Source: Armatimonadota bacterium (GTDB taxonomy: Bacteria; Armatimonadota; UBA5829; DTLH01). Taken from it: a stretch of DNA of 64,000 nt. Location: contig JBBRAE010000003.1 in NCBI GenBank assembly GCA_038207085.1, positions 32,001 to 96,000 on the forward strand. Reading direction: 5' to 3'. This document shows, in pieces, positions 1 to 10,032 of this stretch (its first letter is position 1; each line of letters begins with the position of its first letter). Under the pieces are notes generated by a model. The model saw only the letters and a list, made by a program, of their open reading frames with translations. It was not told the origin of the DNA and did not search any database. Made by a program: the position numbers and the translations under genes.

Positions 1-2245
1 GTGCGCTTCCGGGCAGAACGTCCATCTCGACCCGGGTGCAGCCGTCATACTCTGTTTTAGAAACAGTCCGAATCTTGAGCGCCCCGGCGTCGGCCTGGGC
101 CTCGTAGACCGCCATATTGCCCTTGACCGACTTAAAGCGCCCCTCGCCGAACTTCCAGTCTTTGATGCCCTGCTCGGTCTCGACTTTGATGGTCATCGGT
201 CCGGTCAGAAGGTCGCGCCCCTCGCTTTTGAGCTCATCGTAGAGCCCGAACCCGTTCATCCGAACGACTCTGCCGCTGGAGAGCTTGATCGAGTCGCCCG
301 CAACCGAGATCGGCTCGAACGGGTAGTACACCTTGTCGGTTATGCCGAGGGTGTTGCGCTCCCAGGGAAGCGTCTCGCGCTTGAACTCGATCGGAACGGC
401 CTTCATTCCATTGTCGAGCGTGATGCGCACCTCGTAGTCGCCGTCAGCGAGGTCGGGGATCGTCACATAGTCTTCGGCGTACTGCTTGCCGTTGAAAACG
501 AGGTTCATCCGGGCAAGCACTCTGCCGCCCAGCTTTGAGACAACCTGCGCCGACGCCGTGCGCACGCCCTTCACCTCATCCTGATAGGCGTATGTGCTGA
601 GATCAGCCGCCGCGCCGACCTTCTCTTGATACGGATAAAAACTGGTCTGGCAGCTTCGAGTGAGAAGCTCTTCGCGCATCGAGTAAGCCTTGCCAAACGT
701 AAGCACTTCAAGATTCGCCCCAAGCGCGCGGGTCTTCTCGTCCTGCGGACGAACTGTGTTTTTGCCCACAAGGTTCGCCGATTTCCCCGCCGTGAACTTC
801 CCTTCAACGACGACATTGCCGTTGTCCCCAGAGACGCTTGCGGCAGTTACGGAGTCGTCCGGGCCAACAAAAAGCACCCCGCTGTTTCTCAAGACGACGC
901 TTCCAAACGAATAGCTTGCAGGCGTTGTGTCAGAGATTGACGTGCAAATATTATACATACTTCGACAAGGCTGGCCGTTGTTGTCGACAACGAGCGTCCC
1001 CTGCCCTTTTGCGTCCTTCGGGGTCTCGATGTAGATCGTGCCCGCGGCAGCCGGAGTGCTCCATCGTCCCTCACCGCCATAGGCCTGAAGCCTGACCTTG
1101 CCGGTAGATGTTCCATTGGCTAGAACCACTGCGACGCGCCCACCGCCGCCGCCGCCCCTGCTATGAGCAAACCCCGGAGCATCGCTTCCGTTCGCGCTTA
1201 TCACGCCGTTGCCCGAAATCTTGTTCGCCGTTATATAGACCGATCCGCCGCTTGCACCGGTCTCCCCGACAAGCGCGCCGTCTGCCATGATCTTACCTTC
1301 GATGGTCAGAGCGCCCGCGACTATGAGCCGAATCGCCCCGCCGCCATAAGCACCTTTGCCGCTCCAGAAAGTATCGTCTTCAGTGTAGGCGCTGTATTTG
1401 TAGTCAGGCGCTTTGAACGACTTCGCGCCGCTTCCAAGGCTCATCGGGGCAGTGATCGAACCGTAGGTCGAGCCTCCTGCAAAGACCCAGATACCCGACC
1501 CCATCGGCCACTGACCGTAGAAATAGTGGGGCTGGACCGTGTCCCACCCATAGGGGTTACGGTAGATCCCCGCGCCGCGTCCACCGTACCCGGGGCCTGC
1601 GGGGGAGATCGGAATTGGCTGACCGTAGAGCGAATCGCTCGCGGCTGTGCCGTAGTCGGTGTCGCGCGACGAAGCTTCAGACTTTGCCTTCGGCATATCG
1701 AGCACAGGAGTCCCAGGGCCTTCGGTAAACCCTTTGCCGGTCGCGGTGATAACACCAGGCACGCTCAAGTTGCCCCCAACGATAACCGTGCGACCCTTGC
1801 CTTCGCCATCAGTTGACGATCTGGGGCATGTAAGATAACACCCCGGCATCACCGACAGATTCCCGCCCACCGAGAGCTCTCCGGGTTTGTCGGACAGAAA
1901 CGTCCAGCCCACAACCGAGCCTCCGGCAAGCGACATATCCCCTTTGACCGAAAGACTCCCCTGCTGGGTGATCGTCCCAAGGTATCCCGGTTCGACTCGG
2001 ACCGCCCCGACGCTTGATACGTCAACCAAAGCCTCGCCGCTGGCCGACTTATCAAAAACCGCCGTGTCCCCGCCCCCGGGAACCCCGGCTCGGCCATGCC
2101 CACCGGACATACTCGACCAGTTCTTGGGCTCAGACCACTTGCCGGCATCTTTGCCGACCCAGTACAAGTCCGCCGCCCAGGCACTCCCGGCCATACCCAG
2201 CAAAGCACAAAACGCCAATCCCTTTGCGACTGAAAACATTCTCAT
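1..2245 (-). CDS. Large secreted protein, 3'-truncated by the window edge: signal peptide, Gly-rich beta-solenoid-like region, then a region resembling the N-terminal part of glycoside-hydrolase-like proteins
   Basis: Not in the ORF track because it has no stop in the window. ATG at 2245 is preceded by GGAGG. Manual translation is open to base 1: MRMFSVAKGLAFCALLGMAGSAWAADLYWVG...YGSITAPMSLGSG...GGGAIRLIV...GASGGSVYI...GGGGGRVAV...RETLPWERNTLGITDKVYYPFEPI... Confidence 0.85.
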   Translation of the reverse strand, partial: MRMFSVAKGLAFCALLGMAGSAWAADLYWVGKDAGKWSEPKNWSSMSGGHGRAGVPGGGDTAVFDKSASGEALVDVSSVGAVRVEPGYLGTITQQGSLSVKGDMSLAGGSVVGWTFLSDKPGELSVGGNLSVMPGCYLTCPRSSTDGEGKGRTVIVGGNLSVPGVITATGKGFTEGPGTPVLDMPKAKSEASSRDTDYGTAASDSLYGQPIPISPAGPGYGGRGAGIYRNPYGWDTVQPHYFYGQWPMGSGIWVFAGGSTYGSITAPMSLGSGAKSFKAPDYKYSAYTEDDTFWSGKGAYGGGAIRLIVAGALTIEGKIMADGALVGETGASGGSVYITANKISGNGVISANGSDAPGFAHSRGGGGGGRVAVVLANGTSTGKVRLQAYGGEGRWSTPAAAGTIYIETPKDAKGQGTLVVDNNGQPCRSMYNICTSISDTTPASYSFGSVVLRNSGVLFVGPDDSVTAASVSGDNGNVVVEGKFTAGKSANLVGKNTVRPQDEKTRALGANLEVLTFGKAYSMREELLTRSCQTSFYPYQEKVGAAADLSTYAYQDEVKGVRTASAQVVSKLGGRVLARMNLVFNGKQYAEDYVTIPDLADGDYEVRITLDNGMKAVPIEFKRETLPWERNTLGITDKVYYPFEPISVAGDSIKLSSGRVVRMNGFGLYDELKSEGRDLLTGPMTIKVETEQGIKDWKFGEGRFKSVKGNMAVYEAQADAGALKIRTVSKTEYDGCTRVEMDVLPGSA

Positions 2246-2359
2246 TTAACGATTCCTCCGTCCATACGCTCACCTGCACATCGTGTACAAATCAACCATA
2301 TAAGACGCTGGCTCCCCGCATTTATGCCCACTTGTACATGCGTTTGTTGAACTTGACGA

Positions 2360-2397
2360 AAAAAATCGGGTGGCGATCCAAAAGACCACCACCCGAG
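2360..2397 (-). terminator. Rho-independent terminator downstream of the 2443-5694 gene
   Basis: Minus strand reads TCGGGTGGTGGTC-TTTTG-GATCGCCACCCGA followed by a T run. Confidence 0.7.
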
Positions 2398-2442
2398 CTA
2401 TGAGACGTACCTCCGGCCTCTCCGACCGGAAGCTTTTGCGTG

Positions 2443-5400
2443 TTACGGTTCGATCGCGTTTGCGATCTGGTCGCGTACCGACGCCACCTTGCCAATGTCC
2501 TGAGTGTAGGACGTGTAGCTGGTGACGAGCTGGTTCACGTAGTTCATCACAGCCGCGCGGCCCTGTTTCTGCTCAAGCAGCCACAGATACTGGTAGTCTT
2601 CGAGACCGTCGCGTACCAACTCCATTCGGATCGATGATACGCCGCTTGCGATTCCTACCTGCGCGCCAGGATAGTAAAGGATACCTTCGCCGTAAGACGA
2701 GGGATTGTTCTTCATGTTGGTCCAGGGGTTAGGACACCCACCCCAGAAGTTCGCACACCACCAGAGCTGACCCGGTGCATCGTAGTGATAACCAAGCCAT
2801 GTCTGAAGTCTGGGCTCGACCGCCGGGGTGATGCCGCCGTTTCGGGCGACGCCATACCAGTTATAGGTCCAGATCATATCGCCCGCTGCTCTGCGCTCGG
2901 CGATCTCAGGCTCCATCAGACTCACCAAGCCGGAGCCTATGCACCACACATCGATATAATCCTTCAGATAGTCGAAGTGGGTGACGCGGCTCCAGTACTG
3001 CTGCCAGTTGGCGCCCTTTGCAGGCTCAGTAGCCGCGGATGATACGTGTGCGACTTTGCACTTGAACAGATAGTTCATGTAGTAGTATGCCTGGGCTGCG
3101 TGCCCTGCCTTCTCACCGACAGCATAGCTCCTGCCCGACACCCAGCTGGGCTCCGTGGTCTGACGCGGCATATCTGAGAAGGTGATCATTGTCTTCAGGC
3201 GCGGGTCACACCCGTGGATGTAGTTCGCGGTCTGCTTGACCTGCTCGAATATGTCGACGGTATAGGGCTCGTCGTAGCAGTACATGTAGGCCTTGTCGAG
3301 CACTCCAAGCTGAGCGTACTTGGCTGCCGCGTTCTTCATCCAGGTAGCGTCCGTGCTGTATGGCATGATGAAACTCGACATTCGGGGGTCGCTCAGAACC
3401 TGAGTGCCTGTGGTGGACATAACATCGGTGCCCCAGGGCAGATAGTAGGACGAGATGCCCCGGGTGAGCATGAACTCATAGTAGGCCCTGTGGAGATTGG
3501 CGTACTCGAGCGTCCCGCCGGCCACGTTGTGCTGCTTGCCCATCTCGTCGTCGCGGAACCCGAAGGATGTCGCGCACTTCCACTGGTCGGGAAGTGTGAT
3601 GTTGTAGACGTGCAGTGTGTAAGGCACATCGGTCTTCGCGCCGCTTGCGTCAGAGATAGTGACCATGCCGCTGTAGTCGCCTGTGGGCGTAGTCTTCGGC
3701 ACGTAAACATCTACCCATATCGGCTGAGTCTGACCAGCAGCCAGGTTAAACGCTCCCTTGTAAGGAGGCAGCGCGTCCGGGTAGTCGACATTGAAGTCCT
3801 GCAGCGGAATGTAGGTGGTCATAAACAGAGTCACGTTGCTTGCCGCAATCGACCCGCCGGGGCCTGTCAGGTTGCCCGGTGTGAGCGTAACTGAGCTGGT
3901 TGATGTCGTCTTGCCACGAAGCGCTATTTGGAACGCCTCATGCTCGTGCCTTGCGGCCTTGATACCGATGGTGTTAAGCGCCTGTGCGGCCTCGGTCTTG
4001 TAGACCTTCTCCATAGAAGTCTTGGTCCAGACCGAGTAGTTCGCATTTATCGGCGTAGGAGGCGAAGGTGGCGCAACGATACTGACATCGGCGATGCTCT
4101 CGACTCTCATAACAGGCACGAACGCGCCCGACGAGTCTTTCTCCACGCCGACGCAGCCAAGGACCGTCGCCTGCCCGGATGTATAGGTGTTATCGGCACA
4201 GTAAACCTTGACCGAACGGGTTGAGTCGCTCAGGTTGAACGTTCCCGCGGTCAGGTTGGCGGTTCCAAGCGTGCCGGTGACCTGGACGAGTAAGCCCGTC
4301 ATAGCGACCGTTCCGTAGAGCGAGGAAACCGCTGTCGATATAGCCGATACTTTCGATGAAAGTGTCGAAACCGTCTGTCCAGTAAGCGTGATCGTTCTCT
4401 CCCCGTTGGTCGTTCCGAGGGTTCCCTTGACCGACACAAGCTGGCCTTCGTCCGCAGTGGTCGTTCCAACCACGCAGATGCCGTTGGTACGGTCGGCTTC
4501 TTCGATGTAGAACCCTGTCGTTACGTTACCCGTCGAGCCCTTCTCGCGAACCAGCTTTGTTCGGGCCTTGGTGTTGACATCAACACTTGTGCCGTCTGCG
4601 AGGTTCTTGAGCTCTGAGAGATTGGTCACGGTTGTGGGAGTAGGCGTAGGATTGGGAGTGGGGTCCGGCGTCGGAGTAGGAGTTATCGCAGAGGTGTCAA
4701 CCATCCCCACGCCTCTTAAGCTAAGACCAGCCTTGACGTTGGCCTCTGTCACGATCCCGGAGTATGCAAAAGGAGTGCCGGTCGCTGGGATGTTGTACCA
4801 CTGCAGGGAAGCAGTCGTATTTGCGCTTAGGACCATCTCGGCGGTCTTGTCGCCGTCGATGCAGCCGAACGCAAGCGCACCCGCGCTGCTGATCCACGAA
4901 ACGGTCGTGCCGGTGATCGTGGTGTAGGCAAACTTGCCGTCACAGGCATACAGCGTCGGTGTGGCAGCCGCGGTCGAGTAGAAGACGATGCGTCTTGTGG
5001 GCTGCCCTGAGAGAACAGTTCCACCGCCGACGGGCACCCAGTTGTTGTAGGGCGCTCTGCGGTCGGCGCCTGCGAGGCTGCTTCTCCATCCCATCGCTTG
5101 TCCGGAGCGCCACCATACGAGGTCGCCCGCGTAGCCACGGCTGGAGACGTCGAGCGCGAAGGCTCGGTCCATCTTGCCAAGGGCGGTGCGGTAGGCGCCG
5201 TCCGGCCTGATGTAGTAGGCCTGACCGAGGCTTGCACTCTTGAAGACGATCTGTCCGATCGTCCCTGAGGCGCTCGTGCGCACTACGGTAAGCGGAATAG
5301 CGTCGATTGGGGTGTTGAGAATGGCATGATCGTTCGACGCGGCGTATGCGCCGTTAGCGGAGACCTTGTAGTAACCGAGGCCGCCTTTGATGGCATTGGT

Positions 5401-5694
5401 GTAGACGATCTCATCGTTTAACCCGTTGCCGTCGACATCGCCGACAACTGCGTTCCTCATCCTCTCGGTCCCCACAAGCGGCACGACTGTCTTTGTGCCT
5501 GAGAGATACATTTGGTTCATACCGGATGAGATGGGTTGGTATATGATGGCGGGTACTGTAGCCGCAAACACCGAGCCTGCGACCAAAACGGACAACACTA
5601 CGGCCAGCGCTACAAGCGTTGACCAACTGCGGACTCTTCGCCCCTGCGACCCCTCGGCCTCCATGCCGAGCTGTCGATGATATGGGTAATTCAC
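2443..5694 (-). CDS. Secreted modular glycoside hydrolase-like protein: FG-GAP-like N-terminal region, Pro/Thr linker, OB-fold-like module, GH123/DUF4091-like domain with an inserted CBM5/12-like module
   Basis: GTG at 5694 follows AAAGGAG. Hydrophobic signal ends VFA-A; GDVDGNGLNDEIV and GCIDGDKTAEMV; TPTPTPDPTPNPTPTP linker; ARHEHEAFQI, DYPDAL, YCYDEP, SSIRMELVRDGLEDYQY. Confidence 0.75.
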   Translation of the reverse strand: MNYPYHRQLGMEAEGSQGRRVRSWSTLVALAVVLSVLVAGSVFAATVPAIIYQPISSGMNQMYLSGTKTVVPLVGTERMRNAVVGDVDGNGLNDEIVYTNAIKGGLGYYKVSANGAYAASNDHAILNTPIDAIPLTVVRTSASGTIGQIVFKSASLGQAYYIRPDGAYRTALGKMDRAFALDVSSRGYAGDLVWWRSGQAMGWRSSLAGADRRAPYNNWVPVGGGTVLSGQPTRRIVFYSTAAATPTLYACDGKFAYTTITGTTVSWISSAGALAFGCIDGDKTAEMVLSANTTASLQWYNIPATGTPFAYSGIVTEANVKAGLSLRGVGMVDTSAITPTPTPDPTPNPTPTPTTVTNLSELKNLADGTSVDVNTKARTKLVREKGSTGNVTTGFYIEEADRTNGICVVGTTTADEGQLVSVKGTLGTTNGERTITLTGQTVSTLSSKVSAISTAVSSLYGTVAMTGLLVQVTGTLGTANLTAGTFNLSDSTRSVKVYCADNTYTSGQATVLGCVGVEKDSSGAFVPVMRVESIADVSIVAPPSPPTPINANYSVWTKTSMEKVYKTEAAQALNTIGIKAARHEHEAFQIALRGKTTSTSSVTLTPGNLTGPGGSIAASNVTLFMTTYIPLQDFNVDYPDALPPYKGAFNLAAGQTQPIWVDVYVPKTTPTGDYSGMVTISDASGAKTDVPYTLHVYNITLPDQWKCATSFGFRDDEMGKQHNVAGGTLEYANLHRAYYEFMLTRGISSYYLPWGTDVMSTTGTQVLSDPRMSSFIMPYSTDATWMKNAAAKYAQLGVLDKAYMYCYDEPYTVDIFEQVKQTANYIHGCDPRLKTMITFSDMPRQTTEPSWVSGRSYAVGEKAGHAAQAYYYMNYLFKCKVAHVSSAATEPAKGANWQQYWSRVTHFDYLKDYIDVWCIGSGLVSLMEPEIAERRAAGDMIWTYNWYGVARNGGITPAVEPRLQTWLGYHYDAPGQLWWCANFWGGCPNPWTNMKNNPSSYGEGILYYPGAQVGIASGVSSIRMELVRDGLEDYQYLWLLEQKQGRAAVMNYVNQLVTSYTSYTQDIGKVASVRDQIANAIEP

Positions 5695-6238
5695 GGTTTC
5701 TCCTTTCAACTGTCGAAAAAACAACCTCTTACATTTGATTCAAGACACATTCAGTTCTCCTGTCGTATCTTTTCGTTTGAGATTCTGCCTGGAGTCGTCG
5801 GGGCCAATGCCCGAGCATCCACGGCGGGTGTTTTACGGGTTGAGCAAGTTCGTCAGGGATGGGCGTTCCCTTAGATAGATAAACAAACGCGAGGTTTGCT
5901 TGCTGAGGCAAATTGTAATACGAATCGGACCTTCACCACCTACCTTTCGATACTCTGAAAGATGGGTTAGCTCGATGCCTCCGGCAATATCAATACTTGG
6001 GCGAGGATACCGCCGACGGCATCAGACTGAGCTATACACCGACTTTTTAGACGATGGTCCACCATTACTGTTCCGTTAGTTTTACGCACAGGCAACAAGT
6101 AATTTTGACATTTATAGCACCAATTTGACCGCTTGCCTGCCATATATTGAATTTTCAGGTGTTTTCGCTGGGGTATGGCGGGTATTATAGCCCCAGCCCA
6201 CCGCCGCATAGTTGCTCTGAATTGCAGGTGCAAAATTT

Positions 6239-7600
6239 GTGCGACGCCGGGAAATTGGAGGTAACGGCAACGTGGACAGAAACACCGCAGGGGCGACGGC
6301 AACCGACGCCCCGGCCTCCGGCGCAAGACGCCACCGTGAACTCAGCCTAAAAACCAACTTCTCGTGGACGCTCGTCGGCCAAGTCATCTATACGGCTTGC
6401 CAGTGGGCGATGCTTGTCGTGCTCGCCAAGCTCGGCAGCCCGGAGATGGTCGGGCGCTTCGCTCTTGCTTTTGCAGTCACCGCGCCGGTCATCATGCTCA
6501 CCAACCTCCAGCTTCGCGCGGTTCAGGCGACAGACGCCCGCGAGGAATACCCATTCGACCAATATTTCGCGCTAAGACTCATCACATCCTCGGCTGCGAT
6601 ACTCGTCATCGCCGGAATCGCCGCATTTTCGGGCTACAAAAGCGCGGTCGCATGGGTGATCGTCGCAGTCGGGCTCGCGAAGACTTCTGAGTCTATAAGC
6701 GACATCATCCACGGACTCGCCCAGCAGCGCGAACAGATGGACAGGATCGCGATCTCGCTTGTGATCAAGGGCACGGTCTCTCTCGCGGCGCTTGCGATAG
6801 TCATCTACGCAACCAAAAACCTGATCGCAGGCACTCTCGCTCTGGCGATCTCCTGGGCGGTGGTGTTTGCCACTTACGACCTCAGGATCGTCCCCGACAT
6901 TTTGGTCGGCAAGCGCCGGTCCAGGCGAACGAGGCGGCGCACTCTTCGCCCTGAATGGAACCGGCCAAAGCTGCTGCGTCTCGCGGTGCTTTCCCTTCCA
7001 CTCGGGGTCACGATGATGCTGATCTCGCTCAACGCGAACATACCCCGCTACTTTGTCGAACGCTTCTCAGGCGAACGCGAGCTTGGAATATTTGCTGCGA
7101 TGAGCTACCTGATGGTCGCCGGGAGCACCGTAGTCGCCGCGCTCAGCCAGTCAGCCACCCCAAGGATGGCGAGGCACTTTGCAGACGGCGACGCCAAAGC
7201 GTTCACCCTTCTTCTTGGGAAACTCTCCGCGATGGGTGCAATAGTCGGACTTCTGGGTGTGGTCATTGCGGCGGTTGCGGGCAAGTGGCTTCTCACTGTG
7301 TTCTACGGGCCGGTGTACGCCCAGCAGACCGCCGTATTCGTCTGGATAGCCACCGCGACCGGCCTATCTTACATCCAATCGTTTCTTGGATGCGGGATGA
7401 CCGCCGCGCGGTGCTTCAAAGTGCAGGCGCCGTTGATCGGCGGGGCGGTAATCATCACCGCGGGGCTTAGCCTCTGGCTGATGCCAGGGCTTGGGCTCCT
7501 TGGAGCAGCAATCGCCGTAACCGTTTCGACCGCCGCACTTACGCTGGGCACCTTTGCCGTAGATGTCGTCGCCATCCGGGCGATGGGAGAGGAACGCTGA
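6239..7600 (+). CDS. wzx: Oligosaccharide flippase (Wzx family)
   Basis: Many TM segments; SLKTNFSWTLVGQVIYTACQW...LAKLGSPEMVGRF pattern; first gene of the polysaccharide cluster; start codon uncertain. Confidence 0.85.
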   Translation: MRRREIGGNGNVDRNTAGATATDAPASGARRHRELSLKTNFSWTLVGQVIYTACQWAMLVVLAKLGSPEMVGRFALAFAVTAPVIMLTNLQLRAVQATDAREEYPFDQYFALRLITSSAAILVIAGIAAFSGYKSAVAWVIVAVGLAKTSESISDIIHGLAQQREQMDRIAISLVIKGTVSLAALAIVIYATKNLIAGTLALAISWAVVFATYDLRIVPDILVGKRRSRRTRRRTLRPEWNRPKLLRLAVLSLPLGVTMMLISLNANIPRYFVERFSGERELGIFAAMSYLMVAGSTVVAALSQSATPRMARHFADGDAKAFTLLLGKLSAMGAIVGLLGVVIAAVAGKWLLTVFYGPVYAQQTAVFVWIATATGLSYIQSFLGCGMTAARCFKVQAPLIGGAVIITAGLSLWLMPGLGLLGAAIAVTVSTAALTLGTFAVDVVAIRAMGEER

Positions 7601-7601
7601 C

Positions 7602-8777
7602 ATGTCCCGAGAGATCAGAATCCTGCATGTGGTCGGCGGTATGCGCCAAGCGGGCACCGAAACCTGGCTTATAAACGTGCTTCGACTCATCGACCGAGAT
7701 CGGTTCCAGATGGACTTTCTCACCCACTCGACCGACCCCACCCATTATGACGACGAGATCAGGTCGCTTGGCGGCAGAATCATTCCCTGCCTGTCGCCAA
7801 ACTCGCCGGGGTCGTACTCCAAGAACTTCGCGCGGGTGATGAGTGACTTTGGCCCGTATGACATCGTTCACAGCCACATGCACCATTTCAGCGGACTCGC
7901 ACTCTGGCTTGCGGCGAGACACGATGTGCCGGTACGGGTGGCCCACAGCCACCTCGACACCCGCAGCACCGACGCTCAGGCATCCATACCCCGCAAGTTC
8001 TACACAAACATTGCCGCAAAAGCCATACAGAGATCAGCGACCCAGGGACTTGCGGCAAGCGAACCCGCAGCAGAGTCACTTTTCGGGAGAGATTGGAAGA
8101 ATGACCAACGCTGGAGAATACTCCACTGCGGCGTTGACCTGCAACCGTTCACTGCAGCGGCCGACAGGGCACAAGTCAGAAATGAGCTTGGAATCCCCTC
8201 CAATGCGTTCGTAATCGGGCACGTGGGAAGGTTCGAGCTGCAGAAGAACCACGCGTTTCTGATAGACGTGATCAAGGAGTCATCGCGGGCCAATCCTTTG
8301 GTCTGGGGGCTCCTGGTCGGCGATGGAATGCTTCGGTCTGAGATCGAGGCGATGGCAGCGCAGGCGGGGATCGGGGACAGAGTCGTGTTCGCAGGCGTGA
8401 GAGCAGATGTCCCGCGAGTAATGCTCGGGGCGATGGATGCGTTTGCCTTTCCGTCGGCGTTTGAGGGGCTTGGGCTGGCCATTGTCGAGGCTCAGGCTGC
8501 GGGGCTCCCGTGCGTGATATCCAACGTGGTCCCGCGCGAGGCCGATGTCATCGGTGGGCTTGTTAGGAGACTGGGACTATCCGACAGTTCCCAGGCATGG
8601 GCCGAAGCGGTGCTGTCGGCGAAACGCGTGGTGTCGCAAGAAGATGCCCTTCGAACGGTAGAGATGTCGGACTTCAATGTGATCACATCGACGCAGGCAT
8701 TGTGCGAGTTTTACAGTGAGGCAGTGACTAATCGGCGCGTTCAGTTGGTGAATCGAGCTCAAATAGGAAAGTCTTGA
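7602..8777 (+). CDS. Glycosyltransferase family 4 (EpsF-like)
   Basis: RILHVVGGMRQAGTET, GHVGRFELQKNH, FPSAFEGLGLAIVEAQAAGLP. Confidence 0.9.
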   Translation: MSREIRILHVVGGMRQAGTETWLINVLRLIDRDRFQMDFLTHSTDPTHYDDEIRSLGGRIIPCLSPNSPGSYSKNFARVMSDFGPYDIVHSHMHHFSGLALWLAARHDVPVRVAHSHLDTRSTDAQASIPRKFYTNIAAKAIQRSATQGLAASEPAAESLFGRDWKNDQRWRILHCGVDLQPFTAAADRAQVRNELGIPSNAFVIGHVGRFELQKNHAFLIDVIKESSRANPLVWGLLVGDGMLRSEIEAMAAQAGIGDRVVFAGVRADVPRVMLGAMDAFAFPSAFEGLGLAIVEAQAAGLPCVISNVVPREADVIGGLVRRLGLSDSSQAWAEAVLSAKRVVSQEDALRTVEMSDFNVITSTQALCEFYSEAVTNRRVQLVNRAQIGKS

Positions 8778-8787
8778 CGAGGTGTTT

Positions 8788-10032
8788 ATGGAAACTATTA
8801 CGGCAGCGGTTAACAAAAATCAGGTAAAGGCGGCGATGGACTGCAACAGGTTGCAGTTGTTCTTTGTCGCGGCGCTGGTGGCGTTTCTGCCGATACAGAT
8901 CGACGTGTCCGATGGCATCCACATCGCACTGTCAGACCTGATGCTCATGTTTGCGATCGGGGGATATATCGCAGGCTTCGGAAGGTTCCGCATCGACTGG
9001 TCGGCGTGGAGTATATGGCACCTCGGACTGCTGCTTTCATTTGCTGTCGGATCAATATTCGCGCTAATCCGTTTTGGAGAGGTCGGGCGCTATGTGCTCA
9101 TCAACAAGGACATTGGCCTGATGGTGCTGTTTGCGACCTACGCCGTAGTCAACAGCGTTGCCCGCGATTGGGAGAGAGTTCGGTGGCTGCTTCGGGTGCT
9201 GATCATCAGCACATCGATCCAAAACGTCATCTACTTTACGCTATTTCTCGCTCGGCGCAACACAGGGCTCTTGATCCCATATATGGATGTAGGAGTACTG
9301 AGGCTCTGCGGAATGCTGATCGACGCAAACGCCTACGGGGGAATGCTTATCCTGGTGCTTGCTTTACATATCATAAACGTCTACTCAAGGCGTCCACTTG
9401 TCCCGGGATGGTTTGGTATGTTTACGACGATCAACCTGGCAATAGGCGTGCTGCTAACTTACTCGCGCTCTGCGTGGATCGGCCTCGTTTTGCTGTTGCT
9501 CCTTGTGATCGTGATGAAACCCGGCACAGGAGTGCGCCTGATTGGTATCTGTATCGTCGTTGCGTTTGCCATGCAGAGGGTGATGGGCCCAAAGTACGCG
9601 GCTGAAATGCAGCAGATGGCGCTTCGAGACACCGCATCGGACCGCATGTCTCTCATAGCCGAGGCGATGCCCATGTATTGGAAAAGTCCGGCATTTGGTG
9701 TAGGCTTGGGGGTCTTTGACCGCGAGTTCGGCACGATCATCCACAACACCACACTGTGGTTCCTTGTGGAGATGGGAATATTCGGGTTTGTCTGGTTTGT
9801 CGGTTTTGTCGCGTGGTTTTTGTACAAGGGTGTGCAGGCGTATAAGATGGCCTCCGAGTTGAACAAACCGCTGGTTCTCTCGCTGATTGCCGCATGCCTT
9901 GCCATGATCGGTCTATCGATGGGAATCGAGGCGCTCTACCAGCGGCACTGGTGGGTAGTGCTCTCCCTCATCGCCGCGTCCTGGTCGCTCGCCCGGGCAG
10001 ATCAACAACGGAGGAAAGAAGCTTGCGCGTAA
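8788..10032 (+). CDS. O-antigen ligase/Wzy-like polysaccharide polymerase
   Basis: Polytopic membrane protein with DANAYG, LTYSRSAW and IHNTTLWFLVEMGIFG motifs; inside a Wzx locus. Confidence 0.8.
   Translation: METITAAVNKNQVKAAMDCNRLQLFFVAALVAFLPIQIDVSDGIHIALSDLMLMFAIGGYIAGFGRFRIDWSAWSIWHLGLLLSFAVGSIFALIRFGEVGRYVLINKDIGLMVLFATYAVVNSVARDWERVRWLLRVLIISTSIQNVIYFTLFLARRNTGLLIPYMDVGVLRLCGMLIDANAYGGMLILVLALHIINVYSRRPLVPGWFGMFTTINLAIGVLLTYSRSAWIGLVLLLLLVIVMKPGTGVRLIGICIVVAFAMQRVMGPKYAAEMQQMALRDTASDRMSLIAEAMPMYWKSPAFGVGLGVFDREFGTIIHNTTLWFLVEMGIFGFVWFVGFVAWFLYKGVQAYKMASELNKPLVLSLIAACLAMIGLSMGIEALYQRHWWVVLSLIAASWSLARADQQRRKEACA

Noticed and set aside
2284..2338. Two TGTACA palindromes upstream of the first gene (possible operator)
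   Set aside because: Too short to distinguish from chance without comparative data
5725..6238. Possible c-di-GMP riboswitch or ops/JUMPstart in the divergent region before the polysaccharide locus
   Set aside because: No convincing match by eye; an Rfam search would be needed
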